A stretch of DNA of 64,000 nt, from assembly GCA_043228905.1 (NCBI GenBank), contig JBHGNT010000001.1, positions 434,001-498,000 on the forward strand, in the 5' to 3' direction. The DNA comes from Azolla caroliniana (taxonomy: Eukaryota; Plantae; Polypodiophyta). A model generated the notes under the pieces. The model worked only from the letters and a program-made list of their open reading frames with translations, did not search any database and was not told the origin of the DNA. This document shows, one piece after another, positions 52,082 through 64,000 of the stretch (positions are counted from its first letter, which is position 1; the number at the start of each line of letters is the position of its first letter). The translations under genes and the position numbers were made by a program.

Positions 52082-55000
52082 ATTGTATCGTTTCTTCCAT
52101 TGTGTGGGTGGGTGTGTGGGGTTCATGGTTTTCTGCATAAATGGAAGAAGGAAACAGAGGGAAAAGCCGAAGACCTGACCGGAGCCTTTCTTTTTAGGGT
52201 TTCATGGGGCTACTTCCTTTTTGCAGGAAGATATTGCAGAGCTGAAGAGGTTAGGTGTAGACACGTATCGCTTCTCCATTTCGTGGCCACGCCTCTTTCC
52301 AGGTTACTCTCTCTCTCTCTCTCTCTACATATACATACATATATTTTCCTCCTTTCTTTTTGTCTCTTTTACTTTCGATCATTACTTTTTTGCTGCGCCT
52401 ATTTTGTTGGTCAGCATTCTCACGATACTCATTTTTGTAGCATTACTTTTGTGCTTTCATTTTATCATCGTTCCATGAGAGACCTTATGTTGATTTACTT
52501 GTTTTGTGCTTCATGTTGATCAGATGCATCTGGGAAGTTTAATCAAGATGGTGTGTCTTTCTACAATGATCTCATTGACACGATTGTAGAAGCTGGTAAG
52601 AAAGCAGGCATTGTCCCAAATCTCCCCAAATCTCGTAGGGGATTCATATGTGGAGATTGAACAATCTCTTCTATGGGTTTCATATGTGATGATGAACTTT
52701 TCCTTGCAAATGTGATGATTAAATCTTATGATTTTCTTACATTCCTCTATGGATTGTATGTATGATGATAAAATCTTGTGTTTTTCTTCCTTAATTTGAT
52801 GGGTTTCATACGTGACAGTAAAATCTCTTATATAACTGATTGGTTTGGATGCATGATGAGGAAATCTCGCCACACACCTTTAAGTTAACAATTCAATCAA
52901 AATATCTGGATAGCCAACAGTTGATGTAAACTCTGCACAATAATCTTTTGATTTCACGAATTGCATGGACAGACCTGAAGAAGTATGCAGGGGTTCTAGG
53001 TCTGGCTAGTACCGCTTAATACCCATTTACTCTTTTTGTTTTTCAGGTTTGATCCCATTTGTCACACTCTATCACTGGGATTTGCCTCAGTATTTACAAG
53101 ATGATCCTCATGTAAAGGGATGGGGGACGAGGCATATCATGTAAGCTTCTTCGTGTCCAAACCACTTTACAAATGCATAACACTCACTTTCCAGAACAAT
53201 TGACATCCTTGTATGTTTTCCATTTTATGCTGGGGGATGACTATGTGTAAACCCTATATCCTGCATACATTTCCAGCCTAGTTTAAAGCAGCCCCCTTAT
53301 CTCATGATTTTGTCTTGTTTTATTCAACCTCTTTACGAATGTGTAACATTCAGTCTACAATGATGATTTATGCCAGGGGGTCATGATACGTAAGTCTTAT
53401 GTATCACGTGCATTAAAGGCCTAGATTTAAGAAAAGTCCATATCTCTAGACTTTGCAAGATTAAAATCTGCACCTTACATATAAAAAAACCCCTTATGTT
53501 GAACTTATGTGCTATGGTTAAGTTTTTATGGTGACTTCTATCGACATCCCTAAGAGGTAGAACGTTGCAGAAAGCACTTCATGAGGTTTGCCGATGCATG
53601 TTTTCGATGCTTCGGGGACAGAGTAAAGCACTGGATTACCTTCAACGAAATACACTTGTCAACCATTATGTCTTACCATTTCGGCCTTTTGGCCCCGGGG
53701 AAATCATCAGACCTGACCGTTACTCTGTATGTGGCAGCACATCATCAGCTTCTTTGTCATGCAGCAGTTGTAAAGTTGTATAAAGAATCCTATAAGGTAT
53801 ATTTCTTCCTATTCCTTTATTATTATGGTGTTTGTATAGAAACCTCTAAAACTCCTGGTGGTTTCCCGTTCCAAAAATCACTGCTGACTCTTACATCCTG
53901 TGCTTGTAATAGATCTTACAGAAAGGATTGATAGGCATCTCTGCCGACGTGACGTGTTTTGAACCCATGTTTGGAACTGAAGAAGATAAAGCTGCGGTTA
54001 TCCGAAGCCAGGAATTTGAAATGGGATGGTGAGAACAACCAATGACTTGCACACACATTGACACTACTAGCACGTTGCAGAATCTGGGAGCTGACAGCCC
54101 CACTTTTCAAATGTGAATTTCATAAAAAGCATACTCAACTATATAACAATTCATCTTCAAACCTTTTTACCAGACATCAAATTCACAAACGTGAGCACCT
54201 TGTTGGCAACCCTGAGTGATATCTTACATGTGGATATTATTATAGGATTCTGGATCCTCTCCTATTCGGAGATTATCCGCAAATCATGAAAGAGCTAGCT
54301 GGAGACAAACTACCAAGGTTTACAGATGAAGAAATCGAGGATTTGAAACAGAGCATTGATTTTATAGGTCTCAACTACTATTATGCAATGTGGGCGACAA
54401 AGCGGAAGGAAGAAACGCCGTTTGGTCTTCAGGCGTGGCGCGAGGAAACACAAACTGAATTCCATTGTGAGTTCTCTTGATATAGTTTAATTCCGATCAC
54501 CTTGTTAATATGATGCACTTATTTTTAGGGCAATCTTTCATGCTTAGATGATATTATCTGATGAAATCTTTCTTACTAGATCCTCAAAATTTCACCACTA
54601 ACCCCATTTTAAGCATGTGTTGCCAGCTAAAGATGGTGAGACATTAGTTATAATATGCCTACATATGTGATGTGCTTGTCAGGGTATGATGCTGATGGAA
54701 AACCTCTCGGGGAAGTACTTGTAAGTAACACTCTCTGAAGCCTCTAAGGACGCAGTCTTTTGAGCCTTTTTCATAAAAAGGCATACCGTGACTTTGCGCT
54801 ATATTACAATCTAACATCATTTCAATCTGACATTTTAGGGTGATTCTTTTGAAGGGTTGTTTCGAAGTTGCCCTTGGGGTCTAAGGAAGGTCTTAAAAAC
54901 CCTAAAGGATCGCTATGGAGACATACCGATCTATATCACAGAGAATGGTTTGACTTGTTGACCTCAATATCTTGTCTAAGATCAAATCTTTGAGGGAAAA

Positions 55001-55519
55001 GTCATGTTTTTTTTTTTTTTTCAGGGACTGTAGATCCAAAACCTAGTGACTTGTTGCATGGGCCATTAAATGATCACAATAGGATCAAATTTTTAAAGGA
55101 CCACTTATCAGAACTATCAGATTCAATAAGGTTAGTCCATTCGATTCTGTATAAGGAAAGGGAAATAAAGTATATGTGTGTATATGGTGTGAGAGGTGTA
55201 TCGGTTTTCCACGTTTGGTGTAGATATCTCAAACATACAGAGTTTTTATTTTAGCTTTATTCTATGTTTTTCTCGTCAATTGCCTTGTAAGTTAGGAGTT
55301 TCTTAGTTTTTGCAAATAAGCATATATTGAGGTCAACTTGGCAGGTTGGATAACGTAAATGTAAAGGGCTACTTTCATTGGTCCTTCATGGATGATTGGG
55401 AGTGGTTGAGTGGGTTCACAACACGCTATGGTTTGTATCACGTTGACTTTACAGACCCCGAGCTACCAAGAAAACCTAAGGCCTCAGCCACATGGTTTTC
55501 CGCTTTCCTTCGAAGTTGA
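51576..55519 (+). CDS. BGLU: Glycoside hydrolase family 1 beta-glucosidase; 13 exons: 51576-51647, 51813-51879, 51975-52033, 52227-52302, 52524-52595, 53047-53140, 53571-53796, 53913-54028, 54246-54466, 54683-54720, 54839-54947, 55025-55130, 55345-55519
   Basis: [38 protein letters not shown], acid/base TFNEI, IGLNYY, nucleophile [14 protein letters not shown]. Canonical plant GH1 13-exon layout. Confidence 0.95.
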
Positions 55520-58229
55520 GAAGATTCGATATCATGTTGTATAAATAATACATGTATAAATAACATATTTAAAGATTTCATGTTCTTCAACTAAAGTTCC
55601 AGATTTCCACAAAATTAAATTGATTGTGTAATGGATGTGCTTGTCGACAACAAAGATATTTTAGGCATATAAAATCATTGTGATTCGTGATCAATCATGG
55701 CATTGTCACCATGGCCATGGGAATTTATTCTCAGAAGTGCATGATCATGTTACTAGTTTCCTTGAAGAGACTACAGGCCTCCTCATTAAGAAATTGCAGC
55801 AATTTATTTTTATTTCCTTTCCAACAGGGGATTAAACCATTTTTTATAGCATATTAACATGTTGATAAAATGAGGTCTAGAGGTACCAATGCCTCATTGC
55901 AAATTAAAGATTTGCTACATTTTATTTTAATTTCCTGTTTGGACACATGAGTGGAATATTTGGTATAGCATCATTACAGATGGTTGTAGTATTTTGATAT
56001 TAAAATTCCATGGCAATTAGTACTAACACAAATTTGTATTTCTATATACAAGGGATGAAATCAATTAATGTGATTGCAGAAATTAATTTTACTATTAAAA
56101 TTCAATAGAAGGTCACTTTTTATGTGATGTAAAGAGATACTTGTTAAGTTAAAGGTCCATAACTATGGTTTTGATGATCTTCATGCCCAAAATGTGTATG
56201 TCCATGGAGTAAGCATGATAAATAGGCTTGAGTTGAGGGCTCCTAGACTCAAATGATCTTGTGGTGCTTATAGTATCGTAGAATTGTCACATCAAGGAAC
56301 CAAAATTTATAGTTAAATTTAACTAACAAAGAATACATGTTCTAGGTTTGAGAGCCCAAACATCAATAGTAGGTACTAATGCAAATGGAGCTTGTACTTA
56401 TTATCTCTATATTAATAGATTCACATTTAAGCTTGAATTATGAATGCTTATATGGAGGATAGTTGTATTACTACTAATTGTGTCCCTATATGCTGGTAAT
56501 TTGTGTATATGGTTTCAACCATTGTGTATATATGGCTTTTCAAGCAAGAAATTGTCACTCACCCTTGAGACCATGGACACAATAGACTAGTATACACATT
56601 AGTTCTTGCATTAACACATGTTTTAATTACACAACTAATTGTCATGTGGTGAAACCAAGCATGATCATATATACAAAATTCAACTCAAATGCTTAAGATT
56701 TCGACTTTGGATAATGAAGAAGGTCAAGCCTTTAAGAGAGAAAGAGATATACATATTTTTAACACCAATAGTAGACCAACTGTGAACTATGAGCTTGTGC
56801 CTAGCCATTGCTAAGGGTCAAGCTTGGGTTCTCTCAATTTTTAGAGAGTGGGAGGGAGGGGGAGGGAGAGAGACATGAAGACTAAACTCAACTAAAAGAT
56901 GAAAAGTGAAGGAGCAAAAGTGAAAAGCTAATACTTCTTTTACATTTTTGTCCCATGGCTTTCTCTTATTCATATGTGAATCTCCCTTTTAGCCTTTCGG
57001 TTTGAGGTGACTTGTTGATACTTAACAAAAGGGATTAGTAACAAATATTTGAGATGTCATTCTCCTTGGTATGTAGGACCATGCACCATTCCTGCTTATT
57101 TTTTATTGTCATCCCTCATGATATCATCTTGAAGAAATTGACCTTCCAAGTTTTTGAGAATATATATGCCATATTTCAAGGCTAGCCATGAAATGATAAG
57201 ACAATGCATTCTCCCATGTATTGCTTGACATCCTATGATCCATATACCAAGGTAAACTCTTTTCCAAATGTAAGATTGATGATGGAAATGTGATGAAGTC
57301 CAATATTGAAGTTTGTAGCTCGCTTAGTAAGGATTCTCCAAATTTGCCTACTCATAACATGTTTATGACAATATGTAGGTCAATCATTAGAGTTCAATGA
57401 AGATTAACAGTGGGTCCATTACCTTATTGGTAGTTGTTTCTATTTTCTAATAAAAGGGAATATATTTAGTAAAAATCCTATCCATCGAATAAGAATGGCT
57501 AGATAATAATGTACATCAACGAGGAGTTAATTAGGCCATAGTAGACTCATAAGGAGAAAGAATGAATAGATAGTACTACAGAGGTTAGCTCCAATAAGAA
57601 ATGCTAGTTTCTTTATGTGTCCTTCAACCTTCACAATTGAGTGCACGTGTGACTTGAGGTATGTCTCTACCTACAATGTGGTGATACAATATAGAGCCAA
57701 ATGCACATTGAGAGGCCGAAGTAAAAGATACACATCCAAAGTCATTAAGGATGTCATTTGACATGCTCTCATAGCCTTGATGCCCATAACCGGAGGTGGA
57801 GTGTTCTTTTAGGTTCGCTAACAAGTGAGTTTATAGACACTACTTTGCAAGTACAAGTTTTAGAGGAGATACAAGCATTGACTAGGGTCATATTTTCACA
57901 TAGTTTCACGCCGAGGAAAACCTCCTAAACAAGTGAAGCGACGTAGAGAGTGAAGAAAGGAGAGGCTCCCATCCCAACAATGCTTTCCAATTGAATTGAC
58001 CAACCCAACTCCCCAGATAACCAAGAGGCTATTATAGTAATCCAATATAGTGAACATATATACTGACCGGAGAACAACTTGATGAAATCCAAATATTGGG
58101 CTCCCGAGCAACGGAAGAGGCGAGCACAAGGATGTGGGTCACGTGGAGTAATGTGAGATGTGTGAATGAATCGGATCGGATCGACTCTCATGCGTATCGA
58201 GAGTCAACCAACATGATCCATGTATGTAC

Positions 58230-58260
<31 letters not shown>

Positions 58261-59296
58261 TGTAGTGGGTTCAGGTTGGGCGAGTCAAGAATGAAGAGGC
58301 TATAACTTATCATTCATTTATCGAGGCACATCTTAAGTAAGTATGTATGTATGTAAGTTTCTCTTCTTCTTCTTCTTCTTCTTGTAGCCTCCTCCTCCCC
58401 TGTCCCTAAAGAAAGGAGACGACCAATTTTTTAGGGTTGCTTCTTTCGTTCTTCTTCTTCTTCTTCTTCTTCTTCTTCTTCTTTGTTTTATCCTTCGAAC
58501 GGTCACCGACCTCTGAGCAATCGATCGATTTGACCTAGATCTCTGCTACACACAGAAAGAGATAGATAGATAGATAGATAGATAGAGAGAGCTCTTCTAC
58601 CTCAGTGTCAGAGAAAGAAAGAAGAGGTAGGCTCATCATCATCATCATCATCACCATCTTCTTCTTCTTCTTCCTTCCCTTAATTTTTGCGATTATTCAG
58701 AGAGCAGGAGATGGAACTTCGCTGCGTTTCATTGGAAGTAGGAATTTGCTTTTTAATGTTTGGAGAAGCTTTCCCTTCTCTGGGTCAGCTTCTAACAGAA
58801 AAATATCTAAGACGGAACCTCGTTCCTAACCCTAAACCCAACCGTCACCGTCACGATCACTGTAACCCCAGCCTATCGCTTCCGGGTACCCCTGTCCCTA
58901 ACCAAAGCCCTAAACCTCAACCTAACCCCAATTCTTGCTCTTCCGAGTTTATTTTTCTCTTATGCATATTTTGTGTGTGTAATCGGTTTCAGTGTCTCTG
59001 TTCTAACTATTTTGCCTTTGATCTGTTACCTTTCAAATGCTATCCTGACACAGTAAGAGCTGGTAAAAGAATTCCTCAAATTAAACCATAATCTTGTAAA
59101 TTTCCAGTTTAATTAAAGCCTGATCTCGAAAAAATCCTTTACATTGAAGCCTGTTCTTGGAAACATACCACTGTATTTAAGCCTAAGCATGAAAATTCCC
59201 CTTTTAATTAAGCCTGGTTTTTGAAATCGAAAACAGGAAGGCAGAGAGAGAAAGAGAGCATCAAGATTTATTTTAGCCACAGAGAGTTATATGGAC

Positions 59297-59709
59297 TAGG
59301 GTTTCATTAAGCCATATCTCAGACCATATGATCTGCCCTCTCTTTTAGGGTTTGTTTTAGACATGCCAGAAATCATACTATCTAGATTATCCATTTCTGT
59401 TCACGGGGTTTGTATATCCATGCATGCTTTATAACGTTTGATCTAGCCTCGATTGTCTATTTGCAGGGCTTGTCCTAGCCATACCACAAATAATAGAATT
59501 GCATCTGTCTGATCTGGTTTCATATTTCTTTTAGCCATGCTACACAGCTTATGATCTGGTGTGTTTTACCTCTTTTTGGGGCTTGTTATTGTCATGTCGT
59601 AAAGTATATATTATCTGGCCTGTTTCTTTCCTGTGTTTGGGCTCCCTCTATCCTTCTCTCTCTCTCTCTCTCTGTCGTTGAAGCTAGCTTTTGGAGATTA
59701 TTAGGGTTT
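59297..59709. promoter_or_regulatory. Three telo-boxes (TAGGGTTT) in the probable 5'-UTR intron of the KH gene
   Basis: TAGGGTTT at 59297, 59346 and 59702. The UTR intron is inferred from a donor near 58627 and an acceptor at 59760. Confidence 0.5.
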
Positions 59710-59959
59710 GGCTTTTTGCCCATTTTTCCTGTTCAACCAAACCTCCATTTCCTCTTTCAGGTTGTCGGAAGCCGGACATAGAATAAAGTATCATTAGGTA
59801 AAAAGCCTTTGAATCGAGCTTTGCCGACTTCTCCTCGATCCAAGATCTTCAGGATTTTGCCTGATTCTGACACGAGAATTCCCAGATTTCAGTTGTATAG
59901 TTGACACAGGATTCCCAAGCTTAGTTACAGGATTTATTATCAGTTTCTTAACGATTTGG

Positions 59960-62731
59960 ATGGATGGTGGTATGTATTATGGGTCTTCAGGAAAGCGCCC
60001 ACATCTAGATGATGATGGTGGGGATCGCAGCAATGGAAGGCACAAGAAGAGATCAAATCTAAGTGAGGATCACATGAATTTGAATGCATCGGAAGAAACT
60101 GAGTATCGCCTTCTATGCCCTGGCAGCAAGATTGGTAGTCTCATTGGTAAAGGGGGTTCTGTAATCAAAGCATTGAGAACAGAGTGTAGATCAAAGATCA
60201 AAGTAGAGGACCCTGTGTCTGGATCAGAGGAGAGAGTGGTTCTCATAAGCTCATCCTTGGATCAATTCAAAGAAGTAAGTCCCTATGTGTGTAATGCTCA
60301 GGAAGCAGTATTCAAAGTTCATGCAAGGATCAGTGAGGTTGAAGAAGAAGATGATCCTGTGAATGTTAGGCTATTGGTCCCGAAGAGCCACATTGGGTGC
60401 TTGTTGGGTAAAGGGGGGAAAATCATTGAGCAAATGAGGAAGGAATTCGGTGCTCAAATTAGAATACTTCCAAAAGAGCAGCACCCTCCATGTGCCGCAT
60501 CAGCAGATGAGCTGGTTCAGGTGAGTACAGATTATTGTCTCTGATTGCAAAACACTATATTCATTATTGACATCTTATTTGTAAATTTAGTGACAAATGA
60601 ACCGTTAGAAACCCAATGAGAGCACATCTTATCTATGTATTTATGAGGTAAAAGAAATCACATCCCAATGAGTATTTATCATCCTCTTTCCTAACAAGAT
60701 ATTGCCTGCAAACTACAATATAATATGCATCTGATTTGCTGTTTAGAAACAAATGAATAAAGAACTGAAATGAATTTTTAACATCATCTTCAAAAGAGAC
60801 CAAAATCGCCCATGATGCCAAAAGATTCTGTGAAAACCAATATACGCTTTGAGAGCAAGGAAAAGTACAGAAGAAGCCACGTTTACAGGGACAAGATAAA
60901 AAACTATGATTAATAGTTGACATATTTATAAATGGATTTAAAACATAATTTCTTCTCATTGTTTTAAAGCTTTACATCCTACTTTCTCAAACTACATTAT
61001 TCAAAAACAACATATTGCCTTTCCGGGGAACTGCTAGAAATGACATTAGTGAATTCTGGAGGATAAATACAATGTTTAAGCTGACCTTAATAATGAGATC
61101 TTAATGAATTAGGAAGGTTAATAACCAATACATCAGAAATATTTCATTTTAAAACATATGATGACAGTTCAAATTCGGTTTTTAAAGCTATAGATTGCAT
61201 GTTTACAGGCTCTTTTTCAGGCATGAGATTGACATATATTCATAATATATTATTTGTGTAGGTTACTGGGGAGGCATCTGTGGTTAAGAAGGCATTGTTT
61301 GCAATTACAACACGTTTACATGATAATGTTTCTGGCGAACGAACACAGAGGAACCCAGCTACTAACTTCATGCCTCCGATATCTGGAGGTGCTTTATATC
61401 CTCCTGGTGGGTATTTGCAACCAGCTGGATCACTTCTTGGTCCATCTCTCGGAGGCCCTATGGCTTCTCTTGGTTATTCTTATGGTGGGTTATATGGAGA
61501 GAGTGGTATGGCAAGTGCTTGGCCTTTGGCCTCTGGTTTATCCATGACTCCCCAACTAGGAAATACTAGTGGTCATGGAGGGGAAGAGACAGAACTTAAC
61601 ATTCGGCTTCTTTGTCCTAATTCAAGAATCGGTAGTATTATTGGGAAGGGTGGTAGTGTGATCAAGAAAATGAGAGAAGAAAGTGGTGCGAAGATCAAAA
61701 TAGGAGAGCAAATGCCAGATAATGAGGAGTGCCTTATTCAGATTTCTTCTCCAGAGGTAGGCCTTATACTAAATCATCATACCCATATTTTGGGTTCTAG
61801 ATCTTCTAACATACATAGTAACTTGACGCATACTCTTTCTTTTCAGTATGTGGACAGCTACCCTTCAGCTGGAATTCAAGCAGCTTTACAAGTGTTTAGG
61901 CGGCTTGCAGAGTTGCAAATGGACAAAGACAAAGACAACAAGTCTTTCATGATTCGCCTCCTCGTGCCATCTAGTCAGATTGGTTGCCTGCTTGGTAAAG
62001 GTGGTAGCATAGTGAGTGAAATGAGAAAAGCTACCAAAGCAAATATCCGGATTTCACCGAAAGATGAGCACTCCAAGTGTGCAGAAGAGAATGATGAGCT
62101 CGTACAGGTATTTTGTTTTGACATCCTTTTGTACTCATGTAAACTTGCGGGCTGGAAATATTTATTTGAGACTGACGAACATTCTTTATTTCTTTCTAAA
62201 TATTTGTGGTGTCATATTAAACTTTAATGAAGGTATTTTGTCGTCATTTCTTATTAGTTCATGTATGAAAAGTCTACTCAGTTAAGTAATAAATAAAACT
62301 TTTACACTATGCATTCCTGCGTTTTTGACAAACTTTTACTGACTCCTGGTTATTGTATGTATTAGATCATGGGTGACCAAAATGTGGTACAAGATGCTAT
62401 GACTCAAGTTCTCAATAGGCTTCGCAACAACTTATTCAAGGGACATGAAAGCCAAGATGTGAGCAGTGGTAGTATGTATGGATCTTCTGTGCTTGCATCA
62501 TCAGCTTCACTATATGCAGGGGCAAACATGCTTGGGGGCTATGGAGGGAGGCTGGATTCAGGGTCTCTTGGAGGAATGTATCCATTGACTAATGTTGGCT
62601 ATTATGGAATGGATTACAATTATGGTGGGTATGGAGCAAGTGGGCTTACAGGGTCTGGGTTAACCTCTTCAACTGGATTGCAATCGTCAATGGGTAGAGA
62701 TGCTAAAGAATCAAGGCGCCGCCAAAGATAG
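59960..62731 (+). CDS. KH-domain RNA-binding protein (HEN4/PEPPER/FLK-like, 4 KH domains); exons 59960-60520, 61262-61756, 61847-62107, 62366-62731
   Basis: Four GxxG loops (IGSLIGKGG, IGCLLGKGG, IGSIIGKGG, IGCLLGKGG) with Gly/Tyr-rich linkers. Junctions are in frame. Confidence 0.93.
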
Positions 62732-64000
62732 AGCCCTGTAGTTTTTTATGATCAAGGGCTGAATCAGTTTTGTTTGCTCAAATTGTATCCTCAATAGCTT
62801 TTTTTAGGGTTTATTATTTTGGATACAACTTTTGGACCCATGAACACACTGTTTTTTTACTTTTACAATATCTTATGCCTATTTATTTCCCCACCATTCT
62901 CAGCTTTCTGCCTGTGGGTTGTTGACTTTTAACAAATTTCAAGCTTTACCACTAACCTACCTCCGGAAATGCCAATATTTGTCTTTTCACGGTTTTTTCT
63001 GGAGAGTTGTATGATTTCGGTGATTAACTAAAATATCTACATCTCCCCTGTTAACTCTGGATGATATTATTTCCTTGCTCTTTTCAAGAGTATCTATTTT
63101 TCCTTTATTTTTTGTTGTAAGCACTTTTTCCACAGTGAAATTTTGGTCGTATATATGTAATAAGAAATATGATAATACTGCTCCCTCCCTACTGGAAATG
63201 AGACTGGCAACCGTCATATTTACACATATTTAATAGTATGGTATGTCCTAACATTATTTCTGTACTGGGTAGGTAGGCAGTGATTGAACCTTCATATTCA
63301 CATGTTTGATAGTATGGTAAGTCCTAACATTGCATGTGTTCATGGAATGGCTGGGTAGCCTGTGATCCACCAGTTCCTCGAATATACCTAATGTCTCAAA
63401 TGGTCATTTTGCTAGGTAGACGATGACCTACCAGTTTCACAAATTACTTTGACTGGAATATTCTTAGTCGAAATGGTCATTCTTAATTCTCCAAACGTGA
63501 TTTACTATTAGAATGCATTCCTTGAATCTCCTCCATTCATAATATGATCCTCCAATGTTGGCTACTAATGAATGTGTGATCCCTTCAATGTGGGCTGTCT
63601 TCAATATGCAAGTTCTTAAGGTAAGGTGTCCTATTGTGGATTTGAAACTGCATATGAATTGACGTTTGTAAGAATCTAGCTGTGACAAGGAAATTGTATA
63701 GAACATAGCAACACTACAAGCAAACACATGAATAGCTGCAAGCAAGTCCTCGATGTGGGGACTTATGCTTATAAAGTCTCTCGAATCCATCCATATTCAT
63801 GGGTAGAATATACTATGATGAACTAGATGTGTTGAGTAGTGTGGAAACTAGATGTTTCATAAAAGTTGATCTTGTAGATGTTCAGATATGTATGAAGTCT
63901 TCAATACTACATTCCAAATCCTAGAGCAAAGCTGCCATTGAAATACTGCGTATACATCCATGGCGTATACTGGTTCTTTCCTTTATATACTGGCGTATAC

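Noticed and set aside
2777-55519. Biosynthetic gene cluster (dirigent + monooxygenase + glycosyltransferase + glucosidase)
   Set aside because: No scaffold-forming enzyme is present, the genes are interleaved with housekeeping genes, and GT106 enzymes act on cell-wall glycans or proteins. Only co-expression data could rescue the idea.
57100-57150. RT-like peptide VIPHDIILKKL
   Set aside because: A single short motif with no other RT motifs that I could find nearby.
63464-63790. 108-aa minus-strand ORF
   Set aside because: No recognisable domain and no supporting exon chain inside the window.

Overview
Land-plant nuclear DNA: AT-rich, GT-AG introns, many (GA)n/(TATG)n microsatellites. A fern such as Ceratopteris is plausible, but that is inference only. 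Nine protein-coding genes can be spliced by eye: a secreted dirigent-like protein (-), an organelle-targeted Der/EngA double GTPase (-, 9 exons), an intronless F-box protein (+), a FAD-dependent monooxygenase (+, 9 exons), an NRT2 nitrate transporter (+, 4 exons), an O-fucosyltransferase-family protein (-, 9 exons), a SINA/SINAT E3 ligase (-), a signal-peptide-less GH1 beta-glucosidase (+, 13 exons) and a 4-KH-domain RNA-binding protein (+). The non-genic DNA holds a structurally complete non-coding LTR retroelement (47347-50598; LTRs, PBS-like site, PPT, GTTAG TSD) with a nested hAT-like MITE, two more CATAG...CTATG elements, a LINE RT relic, degenerate copies of the Der P-loop exon end inside its own intron, an intronic hairpin and many short tandem duplications. 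I found no convincing novel multi-gene system. Exon coordinates were read manually and may be off by a few bases.
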